A stretch of 64,000 bases of DNA from Octopus vulgaris (taxonomy: Eukaryota): the NCBI GenBank assembly GCA_951406725.2, contig OX597814.1:211792001-211856000 (forward strand), given 5' to 3'. The position numbers were made by a program, and so were the translations under genes. The notes beneath the pieces are model-generated. The model did not search any database. It was not told the DNA's origin and saw only the letters and a program-made list of their open reading frames with translations. Positions 1 through 11,599 of this stretch are shown piece after piece; the first letter of the stretch is position 1; the number at the start of each line of letters is the position of its first letter.

Positions 1-249
1 GAGAATTACCACTAAATACGGAAGTTGTAAAATTGTGGCATCATTTGCAAATTTAATGCGTCGAGTAATTGAAACATAACGTTTCTGAACAGTTGTTATA
101 AGAATTTCGTTCCATTCGTGAATTAAAAATTGTTTTAGCTATTTCAACGCTGATGGCAGATGGAATTAAGCAGCTCCGTGACACAAGCTATGAAGTTATA
201 GTCAGAAAACTGTGGCGTTAGTTAGTGGACTTTGTAAAAGACAGAAGTC

Positions 250-1380
250 ATCGGAGCCCTCTCTATAGAGACAGTAATAGCGGGAGAACTTCTTCAGAGA
301 ATTGTCTAGCAGTGACTGCTCCGTGTAGTATCTCCAGTTACGCTGACCGCCACACTTACTAGCTGTGGCGAATACAAGTGGTCCAAGAACTTTAAGCTTC
401 CTAGTTATCGGAAGCTGTCAACTACTTTTAGTTTTTCTCCCTGGAATGTGACAGAAGTTGTTCTCTGCACATTTCCAGTGTTTATTGCTCCTGAGCATCT
501 TCCACATACAAAAATCTATCTTCCCAGTTGGCTTTCCTTTGAAATTGCTGCAACACTTATGTATCCATAACTTGCACAGGGTACATCTTATATAGTTTCT
601 ACCTACGCCTTATCTACAGATCGAGTAGGGCCAATTACCTGAAGACTCTAGTTTTAGCTACATTGACTCTAAGGTCCTTCGATTCTAATCCTTGTTCCAC
701 ACCTGAAACTTCTCCTTGAGTTCTGATAGTGACTCAGCAATAAGAGCAAGTGATCAGCAAATGAACAGTCAGGTAGAGGTAGGGGTCCAGCAATATTTTG
801 CGGGTTGTGTTTTGGAAAAGTAGCTGAATGACATTTCGACGTAATTTCACTCATGCTTTTCCCAGCCAAGTTAGTGCCATCTCTATCATTATATAGTCGG
901 AGTTTATCATGGAGGAGAATATGTGGTTTCCCGTCGATGGATTCTGTCTTGAATTCCTCTGTTATTGCCTTGAGGACTACGATAAATGGGAGGGGCTGAG
1001 GACTGAACATTGGTGGACCCCTACCTCTACCTGAAATTCTTCACTACTCGTTGCCCATCCTCACCTTACTGACAGCGTCCCTGTACATGGCTTGCACAGC
1101 TCTCACTAACCATTCTTGTAGCCCTAGTTTCCTCACTGACTACCAGATGAGGGATAGCGAAAGCCAGGCACAAGGGTTTATATTTGGCTAGGTATTACAC
1201 CTGCAACTGTCTTACCAGAAATATAGCATAAGTGATACTTTTCCCTGGCACAAACCCAAACTGCATCTTGTCTAGACTGACCCTCTCCCTAAATAGTTGG
1301 GCTACAACCCTCTCCGTGCCTTTCATTACCTTATCCAACAGCTTGATACCTCTGTAATTATTTGTATCTAATACGTCGCC
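250..1380 (-). mobile_element. Decayed RTE-clade LINE, reverse transcriptase region
   Basis: Manual minus-strand translation gives NYRGIKLLDKVMK...MQFGFVPGKS...IFLVRQLQ, SLIW*SVRKLGLQEWLVRAVQAMYRDAVSKVR, FIVVLKAITEEFKT, ADHLALIAESLSELKEKFQVW and KLKVVDSFR*LG, with stops and frameshifts. The YADD region is interrupted by an insertion at about 754-947. Confidence 0.9.
792..947 (+). repeat. About 155 bp direct duplication of 1415-1570, inserted in the RTE
   Basis: aatattttgcgggttgtgttttggaaaagtagc...atgtggtttccc..gatggatt occurs at both positions with few mismatches. Confidence 0.95.
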
Positions 1381-3397
1381 ATATTTTTTTTTTATTCACT
1401 GTTCATTTGCTGAGAATATTTTGCGGGTTGTGTTTTGGAAAAGTAGCAGAATGACATTTCGACGTAATTTGACTCATAATTTTCCCAGCCCAGTTCGTGC
1501 CATCTCTATCATTATATAGTCGGAGATTATCATGGAGGAGAATATGTGGTTTCCCTTTGATGGATTCCGTGTTTTAATGTTAGATTTCTATGTGTAATTT
1601 TTCGATTACGCTTTAAAGTATTTTTTCACCTTTTCATTTCTCAAGTAAGTGCGTTAGTTGATTCCCTGTTTCATTGCAGCCTCTGTGTAGATAAATGTTA
1701 TTTCTGTTGCTGATCTAGCATCTACGGAGAACTTCATTGGCTGTTGTGTAGAAGATACTTAGGCGGCTTTGAGAATACATTTTTAAATACCGTCTTAAAT
1801 AGCTCAGGTATGTAATTAAGACGGTATTCTCAGAACCTGTGAAATGATCTTAGCTCATGCTCATGTTGCTAAAGCCCTAGAGTAGAAAAACATTGGACTC
1901 GAAAATTAAGCATTAAGAACAAGCTTTTCAACAATCTACAAGAGGTTAATTACAATAATGCAGGAAAGAAATATCTTTAAGAAAGAAGTATTTTTCCGAA
2001 AGAGACAAGACGATAGTATAAAAGCTGCCACGGGTCTCATATCAGAAGAATGCGGGGGAAATAAAGCTCCGAATACAGCTTAAAGCCGTCTAACTGTATT
2101 CTTCATATATAGGTTTACGAATTAATAGGCGTAAGTAATGTAGCAGTAATAACAATCTGGTACAATAATTATATCTGGAGTGAATGAAATTCGGATAAGA
2201 AAACTCACAAGTTGAACGTTAAGAAAAAAATTAAGAGCAGAAATTCTACTGGGGATTAAAAACTGCATTAGAGAATTAGACGAAAAACAAAATTACAAAT
2301 ACTTAATAATCGATGAAAAAAAATGAATGAAAACATTAATAAGAAACATTTTAGACACTTTAGATTTACACAAAATACAGAAAGAATTTCGAAGCATACG
2401 AAATAGTTTACAATTACAATATTTTCAATTGAACCTAAATAAAGGAGTGATATACGAGAGACCCCGCAAAAAATTAAATAGAAAAAAACATGAAAAATTT
2501 GACTCCGAAACATACTTATCCTCAAAACCAATTATTATGTAATTCATGCAACATGAACAAACCAATTATAAAATAATTCACTATAGTTAGACGTCGTAAA
2601 TATTTATTGACCCACAAATATCTATTAATTTATCGACAATTAATACAAAGAGCAACAGAAGCGGAAAACCAAAAAAAATATATATTTTCTTTTTCTGAAG
2701 AGCCGATATTTGATTCATAGATCTTTCTTAGAAGAAGAAAATGATGAAAAGAACTGAAGTGGAAATGTCGCTACAGAGTCTCATATGAAGTGATAACAAA
2801 ATTAGACCCTACATAGCAAGCATTTGAAAAGCATGAATGCACGAAAAATAAGGTTGCTAGGAGAATTGAGGTTGAAAAATTTAAATTTATCACGGAATAT
2901 CAAAGCCTTCCTTTTCAAACCGTGAAAGAGTATAATAAATAACATTACGCTACATAAATAAAGACATGGAGGCAGGGAAGAATGAATTAATACTTAATGT
3001 ATTTCAGGCGATAGAATCGCTGCTAGACTTCGAGGTTTAAAACCCTGGAAGTAATGACATCTTTTCGGAAAAAGAAACAGAAATTAGGTTGTATAAAGAT
3101 ACACTAACAATTGTTCCTTGAGAAAGGGAACGACCGACTATACTCGAGAATTTGTCAATCAAATCACAAATATAACGATCAAATTTGATCGGCATGCTGT
3201 CGTTGTCAGGACAACGAAGTAAATGAAGATATCTACATATAAATATCTAGAAAGGAGAGGAAATACGCCTCCTATGATAACTCATTAGAAAGTTTTAATT
3301 GAGCAGAAAGATATGAGTGTAAACAAAGAAACACACCTAGATACATGCATGAATGTATATAGAGAGATAGATAGGTAAATACATGCATGCATGCATG

Positions 3398-3444
<47 letters not shown>

Positions 3445-3483
3445 GTGTGTGTATGTATCTATATATCTTTCGTGGTGATCCGC

Positions 3484-3772
3484 CGGTTACGGCGAAGATG
3501 GTCCCAGTTGATCCGATCAACGGAACAGGTTGCTCGTGAAATTAACTTGCAAGTGGCTGAGCAGTCAAAGACACGTGTAACCTTAACGTAGTTCTCAGGG
3601 AGATTAAGCGTGATACAGAAAGTTCTGGTGAAAGACTACAGTAGGGTTCGCCTGTCGGTGCTTCGGGGAGGATTAGGTGTTTTCGCTCAATAAACAATCA
3701 CAACGAAGATCGAAACCGCAATCCTATGACCGCGAGTCTGCTGCCCTAACCGCTGGGCAATTGCACCTCCAC
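3484..3772 (-). mobile_element. tRNA-derived SINE family A, internally deleted
   Basis: Reverse complement matches the copy at 34575-34960 (gatccgatcaacggaaca, cgtgaaattaa, aaaccgcaatcctatgaccgcgagtc). Confidence 0.85.
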
Positions 3773-3870
3773 ACACAGACACACACACATACACACATAC
3801 ATACGCGCACTCATATATATTTATGTATTTACATATATAATCAAAATAAGCAACAGGATATCAAGGGGTG

Positions 3871-3950
3871 ATGCCGTTTCAAGCGGCTCTATTTAATTAT
3901 ACAATACAATCATTACATCAATTGCAAAGCAGGACTATCCTCAGCTGCAT
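3871..3950 (-). ncRNA. Broken type-I hammerhead ribozyme motif with long stem II
   Basis: Minus strand reads atgcag-CTGAGGA-[57 nt hairpin]-GAAA-cg-gcat; the stem III/cleavage triplet appears deleted. It has the same flank (tcaaaataagcaaca) as the 39136 element. Confidence 0.45.
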
Positions 3951-4619
3951 AAATAATTAAATAGAATTTTTAATCAGTTGGACATGTTAATATAATTTTA
4001 CTCAAATACTCTAAAAGAGCAAGAAGATGGAACGTGTCTATGTCGCCACTAATGTAGCTAAGAATATACTACACTTGTAAGAATTGCATGAAGTTTGTTG
4101 GTATCGCAGCTTGTATAGGATTGTAGTTTATTTTGAATATATTAGTCTTTTTATCAACTTCCATATCTAAGATTAGAGGACTGTGTCTGTTAAGAATGGA
4201 GGGCAGGAGTGATTTGATAGGCCATAGCTGGATATCGTCATAAATATTGTCAAGATTCCTAGGATTAGTATAGAGTAACTCTCTATAAAGGAGGAAGGGT
4301 AGGGGAAGACTCCAAATAAATATGTTAATTACCAGTCAGAGGGTCAAGACGCTAATAAATCCTATATGTTAATACAGAGGAAATTATTATGGGGTACTAA
4401 GGGTGATTGCATATAAATACTTTTGTTATGTTGTATTAAAGTAAAACTTAAGATTATTAAAAATGATATTATAACCGAAATAAATAAACGTGCATATATA
4501 CCAATTTTCAAAATTGGAAAGGGAAGATTCCATAGAATTTGTTTTCAATATTTATGTACTTAATTATTTACTTGTTAGTTTATATATATATTCTTATATT
4601 TATATACATTTATATATAT

Positions 4620-5688
4620 TCATTGACATTGAGTAAACTTTATCTTTCAACATACCCCAGACAAAGAAATCAAGGGGAGAAAGGTCTGCTGAACGAGGGG
4701 ACCATTCCATATGACCCCTTCTTCCAATCCAGTGAGAAAAAGTGTCATTAAGCCACTCTCTAACAGCTGTGGCAAAATGGGTAGGGGCCCCATCCTGCTG
4801 AAACCAGTTCGGAAAGCCCTCGCCTAAGTGCTCAATTTGAGATATTAATTTGTCTCTCAATATGTTTACATAAGTCCCATCCGTTAGATGTTCAATGAAG
4901 AAGGGTCCTAGAACATGAGCTTTCCACAAACCACACCACACCATCACCTTTTTGCTGCCTTGCTGTTTGGATGGATCCATCCAATGTGGATTACCTCGAG
5001 ACCAGTATCGAAGATTCTGTCTGTTGACCTCACCATTTACTTAAAACGTAGCTTTGTCAGTGAACAACACAAAGGTTTTCGTAAAACTGATATTTTCATC
5101 CAATTTATTCGAAAGCCATTCGCACGTCTACATTCGTCTATCAGGGTCGTCTTCATTTAAGTGATGCAATATCTGTAGGTTATATCGATGAAACCTTTCC
5201 TCAACCAGCATTGTGTGGATGGTTGGTTGGTTTTGGAACACCTAACACCGTGGATGTCCGACGAAGTGATTTCTTTGGGCTAGCAGAAACTTTAGCCATG
5301 ACAGCCTCTTTCGTTTCATCTGAAGTCGTTGGTCACCCGCAACAGGGTTTATCCAAAACACTGCCTGTTTCTTTAAATTTCTTGATCAATTTCCCGACGG
5401 CAGTAAAATAAATAGGTTGCCTATAAGGGTGTCGAAAATTAAATTCTTCTGCAATTTTGCGATAAGACCGTCCCTCTCGTCCACTTAATAATACTAACTC
5501 GATTCTTTCTTCTTTAGACAGATCCATCATTCGATCATCTGTAGAAAAAATAACAAATAAATTTAGAAAAGTAACGTATTTTTTTTATTTGATTTAACCA
5601 AAAGTAAAAAAGGTAAATTATTATTTCTTATATTTATTTGTTTACGTTATGATTTTATTCCATGTACCCAGACTTCGTGGACACCCTA
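4620..5688 (-). mobile_element. Tc1/mariner-superfamily transposon remnant, DD40D spacing (rosa/DD41D-like)
   Basis: MDLSKEERIELVLL...KKFKETGSVLDKP; FTDKATF; FQQDGAPTH...WIGRRGHMEWSPRSADLSPLDFFVWG, with 40 residues between the Ds. End sequence agggtgtccacgaagtctgggtac at about 5665-5688. Contains stops and frameshifts and is 3'-truncated. Confidence 0.9.
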
Positions 5689-5689
5689 A

Positions 5690-6760
5690 AATTGCTTTGA
5701 TTAAAACCTTTTCAACATGGAAGTATCCAAGGAGCATTTAAGGTACATATAATTCTTTATGAGTACAATAAAGTTAACTCTGCAGCCGAAGTGACTCGAA
5801 ACATACACTCAGTTTATGGGAAAGTGCTTGAATGAAAGAACTTGCAGGAGATCGTTTGCAAAATTGAAGATGAAAAGCGAACAGGACGTCCAGTTGAGTT
5901 TGATGATAAGTTCCTTGAGGCATTACTTGAAAAAAATCCGTCATCATCAGTTGAAGAATTGGCAATAAAGCTTACTTCAAACCATACAACAGTTCATCGT
6001 CATCTTCAACAACGTGGAAAGATTCCTAAACTTGGAAAATAGGTGCCTCATGTATTGTCCGAAAGCAACCGCAAATCCCGAGTTGACATCTGCTCTTCTC
6101 TTCATTCTCGCAAACTAATTTCACCCCTTTTCGATAGACTTGTGACGAAAAATGGATTTTCTATCGAAATGTTAAACGTCGTAAAGAGTGGATTGATAAA
6201 AAGGAAAATGCTCAACCACAACCGAGAAGGGAACTTCATGGGAAAAAGGTTCTTCTCTCTATGTGGTGCGATTGCAAAGGCGTAATTCACTTTATATTGT
6301 TACCACCAAATGCAACAATCAATGCTCAAGTCTACTGTCAGCAATTAGAGTATTTGAACCAAGCTTTGAAGGAAAAAAGAGCCGCTTTAGTGAGTCGAAA
6401 TCGAGTGATGTTTCATCAGGACAATGTGCAACCCCACACTGCAAAAATTTCTTCATCCAACTTATTCTCCCGACCTTACTCTTTCAGGATACCATTCGTT
6501 TCATAGTTTACAGAATTATTAGGTGGAGGGGCACAAGTTTCGCAAGCCAAGAGGAGGTCGAACCTGACATTTCACAGTTCTTCGTTTGAAACCAAAAGAG
6601 CTTTAAATTAATGGGATTAAGAAGCTTGTAAATAGATGGAAGTAAGTCAGAGATAATCAGGGAAAGTACATTGATGATTGACTTTCAATTAAATATAACA
6701 TTTGATCACTTGTATTCTTTATCCAAAATTCGGACAGAAATTATGGGATGACCTGAGATA
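5690..6760 (+). mobile_element. Decayed mariner (DD34D-type) transposon
   Basis: MEVSKEHLR.. from 5718; RTGRPVEFD, K*VPHVLSE (WVPHEL motif), LHGKKVLLSMWCDCKG, FHQDNVQPH, YSPDL; right TIR aaattcggacagaaattatgggatgacctga at about 6726-6756. Confidence 0.93.
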
Positions 6761-6764
6761 TATA

Positions 6765-7320
6765 CACTGGCGAAAATATATTTAAGACCGACGATAAAAG
6801 TTCTATTTCTTACAAAATATTTTGTTACTAACACCATACAAATTATTTTTATCTTTTACACCTTATGCAAAATTTATTTTTCTTTCGAATGATGCAGACA
6901 ATAACTATTTTTATACAACTTCAAGAATTATAATGCTAAATATAAACATTTCAAATTTAACACTAAAATTAGTTTAAGACCATGTAATATGTATGCAAAT
7001 TTTTGGCCAAAATGGGTGGTCACACAACGAGCCTAAATGTACCATATAAAGTTATAATTTAATGTTATCATACAATTTATTAATAATGGGAAAACAACGT
7101 AGCCTTAGTCCAGTCACGAGAGCAAAAATCGTATATTACAGCAAAAAGTTTCCTTTTCGAACATCAGCAAGCAACTAAAGTGCAGTAAAACGGGTTGCGT
7201 GCAGGCGTGAAAGTTATACTCGGAGACTGGTTAATATAAAAATCGGTAATGGTCTAGTAACAGAATATTTTGTAAGAAATAGAACTTTTATAATCGTTCT
7301 TAAATTTATTTTCGCCAGTG
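6765..7320 (+). mobile_element. Internally deleted Tc1-like element (MITE-sized)
   Basis: About 65 bp TIRs: cactggcgaaaat...ttctatttcttacaaaatatt / aatattttgtaagaaatagaa...attttcgccagtg. TA on the left flank; residual N-terminal transposase MGKQRSLSPVTRAKIV at about 7087. Confidence 0.88.
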
Positions 7321-7322
7321 TG

Positions 7323-7409
<87 letters not shown>

Positions 7410-7486
7410 GGATATATAGTATATATATACATTTTTGTCTCCGTATATATACGAGAATATATATAATATATACCTATAGTATATAG

Positions 7487-7562
<76 letters not shown>

Positions 7563-7776
7563 CATAATTAAATCTCAGAATGAGATTGAAACAGTAATCG
7601 CTCGATAATGTAAAGTATAGAAGCCATCTTATCATGGCTAACCACATTGGGGAGGGGGTGTTACTGTAGCTTTATAGCCCCAAGAGATCTTCGTCTCTAG
7701 CTGGCTAGACACAATATCTGTGTCCTTGGAGTATTTGCAAAGGGAGGCCATCCCTTCCTCGCAAGCCTGAGTGATA

Positions 7777-7819
7777 CGCTCGAACTAGTTTCGGGATTTT
7801 TGTCCCTCGTCAACGGGCG
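7777..7819 (-). ncRNA. Minimal type-I hammerhead ribozyme motif
   Basis: cgcccg-TTGACGA-ggga(caaaaa)tccc-GAAA-c-ta-GTT-cgagcg: stem I 5/6 bp, stem II 4 bp, palindromic aactagtt stem III, C3U core variant. Confidence 0.75.
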
Positions 7820-8168
7820 GTAATCAACAGGTAGCGATGAAAGAGAAGGCTCCTTTGCAAATAGATATAAGTTTTTCTAATGGCATCTGCCACTGATTTC
7901 GAAAAACGAACTGTAAGCATAATTAAATCCCAGAATGAGATTGAAACAGTAAAGGCTATAAAGCTACAGTAACACCCCACTCCCCAATGTGGTTAGCCAT
8001 GATAAGATGGCTTCTATACTTTACATTATCGAGCGATTACTGTTTCAATCTCATTCTGAGATTTAATTATGCTTACTGTTCGTTTTTCGACATCAGTGGC
8101 AGATGACATTAGAAAAACTTATATCTATTTGCAAAGGAGCCTTCTCTTTCATCGCTATCTGGTGGTTA

Positions 8169-8211
8169 CCGCCGTTGACGAGGGACAAAAATCCCGAAAC
8201 TAGTTCGAGCG
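8169..8211 (+). ncRNA. Minimal type-I hammerhead ribozyme motif (inverted copy)
   Basis: ccgccg-TTGACGA(8175-8181)-ggga caaaaa tccc-GAAA(8196-8199)-cta-GTT-cgagcg. Confidence 0.72.
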
Positions 8212-8369
8212 TATCACTCCCTTTGCACATACTCCAAGGACACAGATATTGTGTCTAGCCAGCTAGAGACGAAGATCTCTTGGGGCTATAAAGCTACAGT
8301 AACATACCCCCACCCCAATGTGGTTAGCCATGATAAGATGGCTTCTATACTTTACAATATATATATATA

Positions 8370-8590
8370 TATATATACAAAACTGAGAATGTGTGTCTGT
8401 CTGCCTGTTTCCCTAAAACTTGAGAACTACACAACCAATTTCATTCAGATTTTACACATGCCTTACTTAGGGTCCATGTAGTGTCATCGCTTCTTGCCTA
8501 GGGCGAGTCCACAGCAATCGCATATCTTCTCCACTATTTCAGTCTTACGTGTTAAAAGTGAAACAAAATCATCTTTCTATTGTATGTATA
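8370..8590 (+). mobile_element. Possible Helitron/DINE-1-like non-autonomous 5' end
   Basis: (TA)n-caaaactgagaatgtgtgtctgtctgcctg followed by ccaatttcattcagattttacac resembles HINE/DINE-type 5' ends. Recognition only. Confidence 0.35.
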
Positions 8591-8596
8591 TGGATG

Positions 8597-8647
<51 letters not shown>

Positions 8648-9370
8648 TATATAGATATATATTTTTATATATATATATATATAGCTGTATATGTATACAT
8701 GTATATGTATAGCTGTATATGTATAGATGTATTTCTATAGATCTCCGTGTATGTCTAGTTGTATATATATATATATATATGTATATATATACACAATTCA
8801 TAATTTTTTGGGAAAAAACTTTTATCCTTCATTAGGTATAAATATATATATATCTATATATTTATAAAACATTGTTGTTGAACCGATACTTCAAGTAACG
8901 ACTAGGCTAGGGTAACTGACTGCTTATTGTGATCATTCGTCTTTTGTTTTCCTGTAGCTTTGCTCTCTTTTACAAACCCAGTGAACATATATTTCCTATT
9001 TCAAAGAAACTCAAACAATAGTTATAAGACCCAAGTTAAACCGATTTTCAAGAATTCATATTCTCTGGTTGACATTAAGATGCCCACTCCCAACATGGGC
9101 CTTAACTCTCACATTTTAGAGCTCCATGACCTTAAATGTTTAGGAGCAAAATCTTTTTAAGAGGTTCAATAAGACTGGAATTTTGGAATATGCGCATAAA
9201 AATCAGTAGTATGGGATACATGTGGCACGATTACAATTTTTTTACGGTGTGTAAAGAGGGAAATAACCCTAATCTGCAATTTTGATGAAATTCGAAACAT
9301 AGATATTCCAGTTAGATATTCCATATCTTTCTGTTATATTTTCTGTAATGAACTGGAATATCTATGTTTC

Positions 9371-9428
<58 letters not shown>

Positions 9429-9429
9429 C

Positions 9430-9506
<77 letters not shown>

Positions 9507-10019
9507 ATGAGCGTGTGTGTGCGTGTGTATAAAATAGTGTACGTATTTATACACAAAAGAGGTGACCTTTAACAGAATACTTTACATGATGGGAAAAGCA
9601 GTAAACCAAGATTAAGCGTAAATTGAAAAGGAATGAAAAATAAAAATATTTCCATAGTAACCCTCTAGAATCGAGTTTCTGCATTAATGTGCAAATAGAT
9701 TAATTAGCGCTCGTGTTTCTTTACTAAGGGCGCTAAGATTAATGCATATTTATGTATCACTGAGAGCGCAGGTGCTACATACTATTTTCATTATACGTCT
9801 CCAAATACAGTTACATTCGGCAGCAAATAATAATAAAAATTTAAAACTGCATAACCATCAGCTATCATTCTATTCATAACTTGAATTTCTTTTTCTTTTC
9901 TCTGATCAGCGGCAGGGATAAGACGCATTCTTGTGTGTCTCATTACAGAGTTTTTTTTTCAGCCTTCACTAGCTCAACGTTCAGGCTTAGCAGCCCTTCC
10001 TGTTTCTATTCACTGACCT

Positions 10020-10460
10020 GTTATTGTTACCGATTTTGATCCTCCGCAAATTCACAAATTTTATGTAATTTGCTTTGCAGGGGCAACTGTTTTTCGAACA
10101 CGTATCTCGTCGTTAATTGTTCGAAATATAAAGTAGAAAAACAGCCGACAACTGATGAACTGTCGTTTTGTATGTTGCTTGTTTTGTTTTATGCTTGCTT
10201 CTTTCGTTGTTGGGAAGAATGTTCGCATTCCACGTTTTCCTATTTCATGTTGCTTACGTTCTGTGGTATCCTGTGTCCATATATGCATGTGTATATACAT
10301 ACATACATATATATATAAAGTTAATCCAAACAAGAAAGTACAAAAAAACACAACAACGCAAGGACGTGAACAAATATAGTATTATTGGACGCTCAGGAAA
10401 GAAGGAAAGATCCAGAGAAGGGAAGACAGAGGAAAAAATCGCCAACGGTACACACGAGAT

Positions 10461-10507
<47 letters not shown>

Positions 10508-10510
10508 GTC

Positions 10511-10566
<56 letters not shown>

Positions 10567-10667
10567 TGTGTATGCATACATATGTATGTATGCATATATA
10601 TATGTGTGTATATATATAAATTTAGTTGGAAAGAGATGCGTCACGACAAATTAAATGACATAATAAA

Positions 10668-10725
<58 letters not shown>

Positions 10726-11045
10726 AATACCTGATGTTAACATTGGTGCAAATAATAGACAATACTTAAACAAAAGAGGGAAAAACGAGGGAAATACGTA
10801 AACAACGAGAAACAAATGGGAAACTGGACCAGTAATGATAGAAAGGGGACCCGTCAGGAGTTGTCGGCTGTGTCTCTACTACTGATTTCGAGCATTCAAC
10901 GAGAATATGAATCTTCAAAGACAGTAGCTCTCATAAATTCTAAAATAAAATGTAGTATTTATAGACGGTCTAAGTTGGGAACAAAAACATGACAGTGGAG
11001 ACATACAATGAAACCGAACGAAACCAAACATGGATCGCCATTAGA
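10020..11045. repeat. Two oppositely oriented copies of an unclassified interspersed repeat (10020-10280 and 10740-11045); a third copy lies at about 39530-39830
   Basis: Shared blocks acagccgacaact, gcaactgt / acagt(a/t)gct, tttcgagcatt..aacgagaa.atgaatcttc.aagacagt and acagtggagacatacaa. Confidence 0.65.
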
Positions 11046-11378
11046 AGACAACGAGAGGAAAATAGTGTACGGGGGTGGAAACTCTTTTTGGGAAAATATA
11101 GAAGAGAGAGAGAGAGAACATGTCCGCTGTTTTAACGTCCGTGCAGGAAGAAAGGTGTTCACGTAAGGAAAAGAATGATGGACGATGGTAACGTCTGAGG
11201 AACGAGAGAGAGAGAATATGAGAAAGAGGGGTGAGAGACGCAGAGAGAGGAAACGGCGAAGGAGTGAGAAGTGGAAGATAGAAATTAGAGAAGGATGGAG
11301 GAAGAAAACAGTATAGAGTGAAGATAAACGTACTTGCAAACGGTTGTGTCGCGTTCAATTAAATAATGAATAATAAAC

Positions 11379-11411
<33 letters not shown>

Positions 11412-11555
11412 ATGTTTTTTTTTATTTTCGTATATTTTCATTTGTCTTATTTTTAAACTTTGGTTTTTGCTGAATTTTATTTTTGAGAACACATTCTTCG
11501 TGGTAAATGGCGAGTTTGACGTCTATATCTAGCATACAGGCTGTCGTCTTAATTT

Positions 11556-11599
<44 letters not shown>

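Larger units (their letters stand above)
7562..8356. mobile_element. Retrozyme/Penelope-pLTR-like element: about 355 bp hammerhead-containing unit present as forward and inverted, differently permuted copies between (TA)n tracts
   Basis: 7562-7597 is repeated at 7917-7952 (unit 355 bp). 7954-8356 is the reverse complement starting at a different phase and repeats its own start at 8284. Confidence 0.8.

Noticed and set aside
2327-2542. 71 aa lysine-rich ORF
   Set aside because: AT-rich and low complexity; it may be Penelope debris, but has no diagnostic motif.
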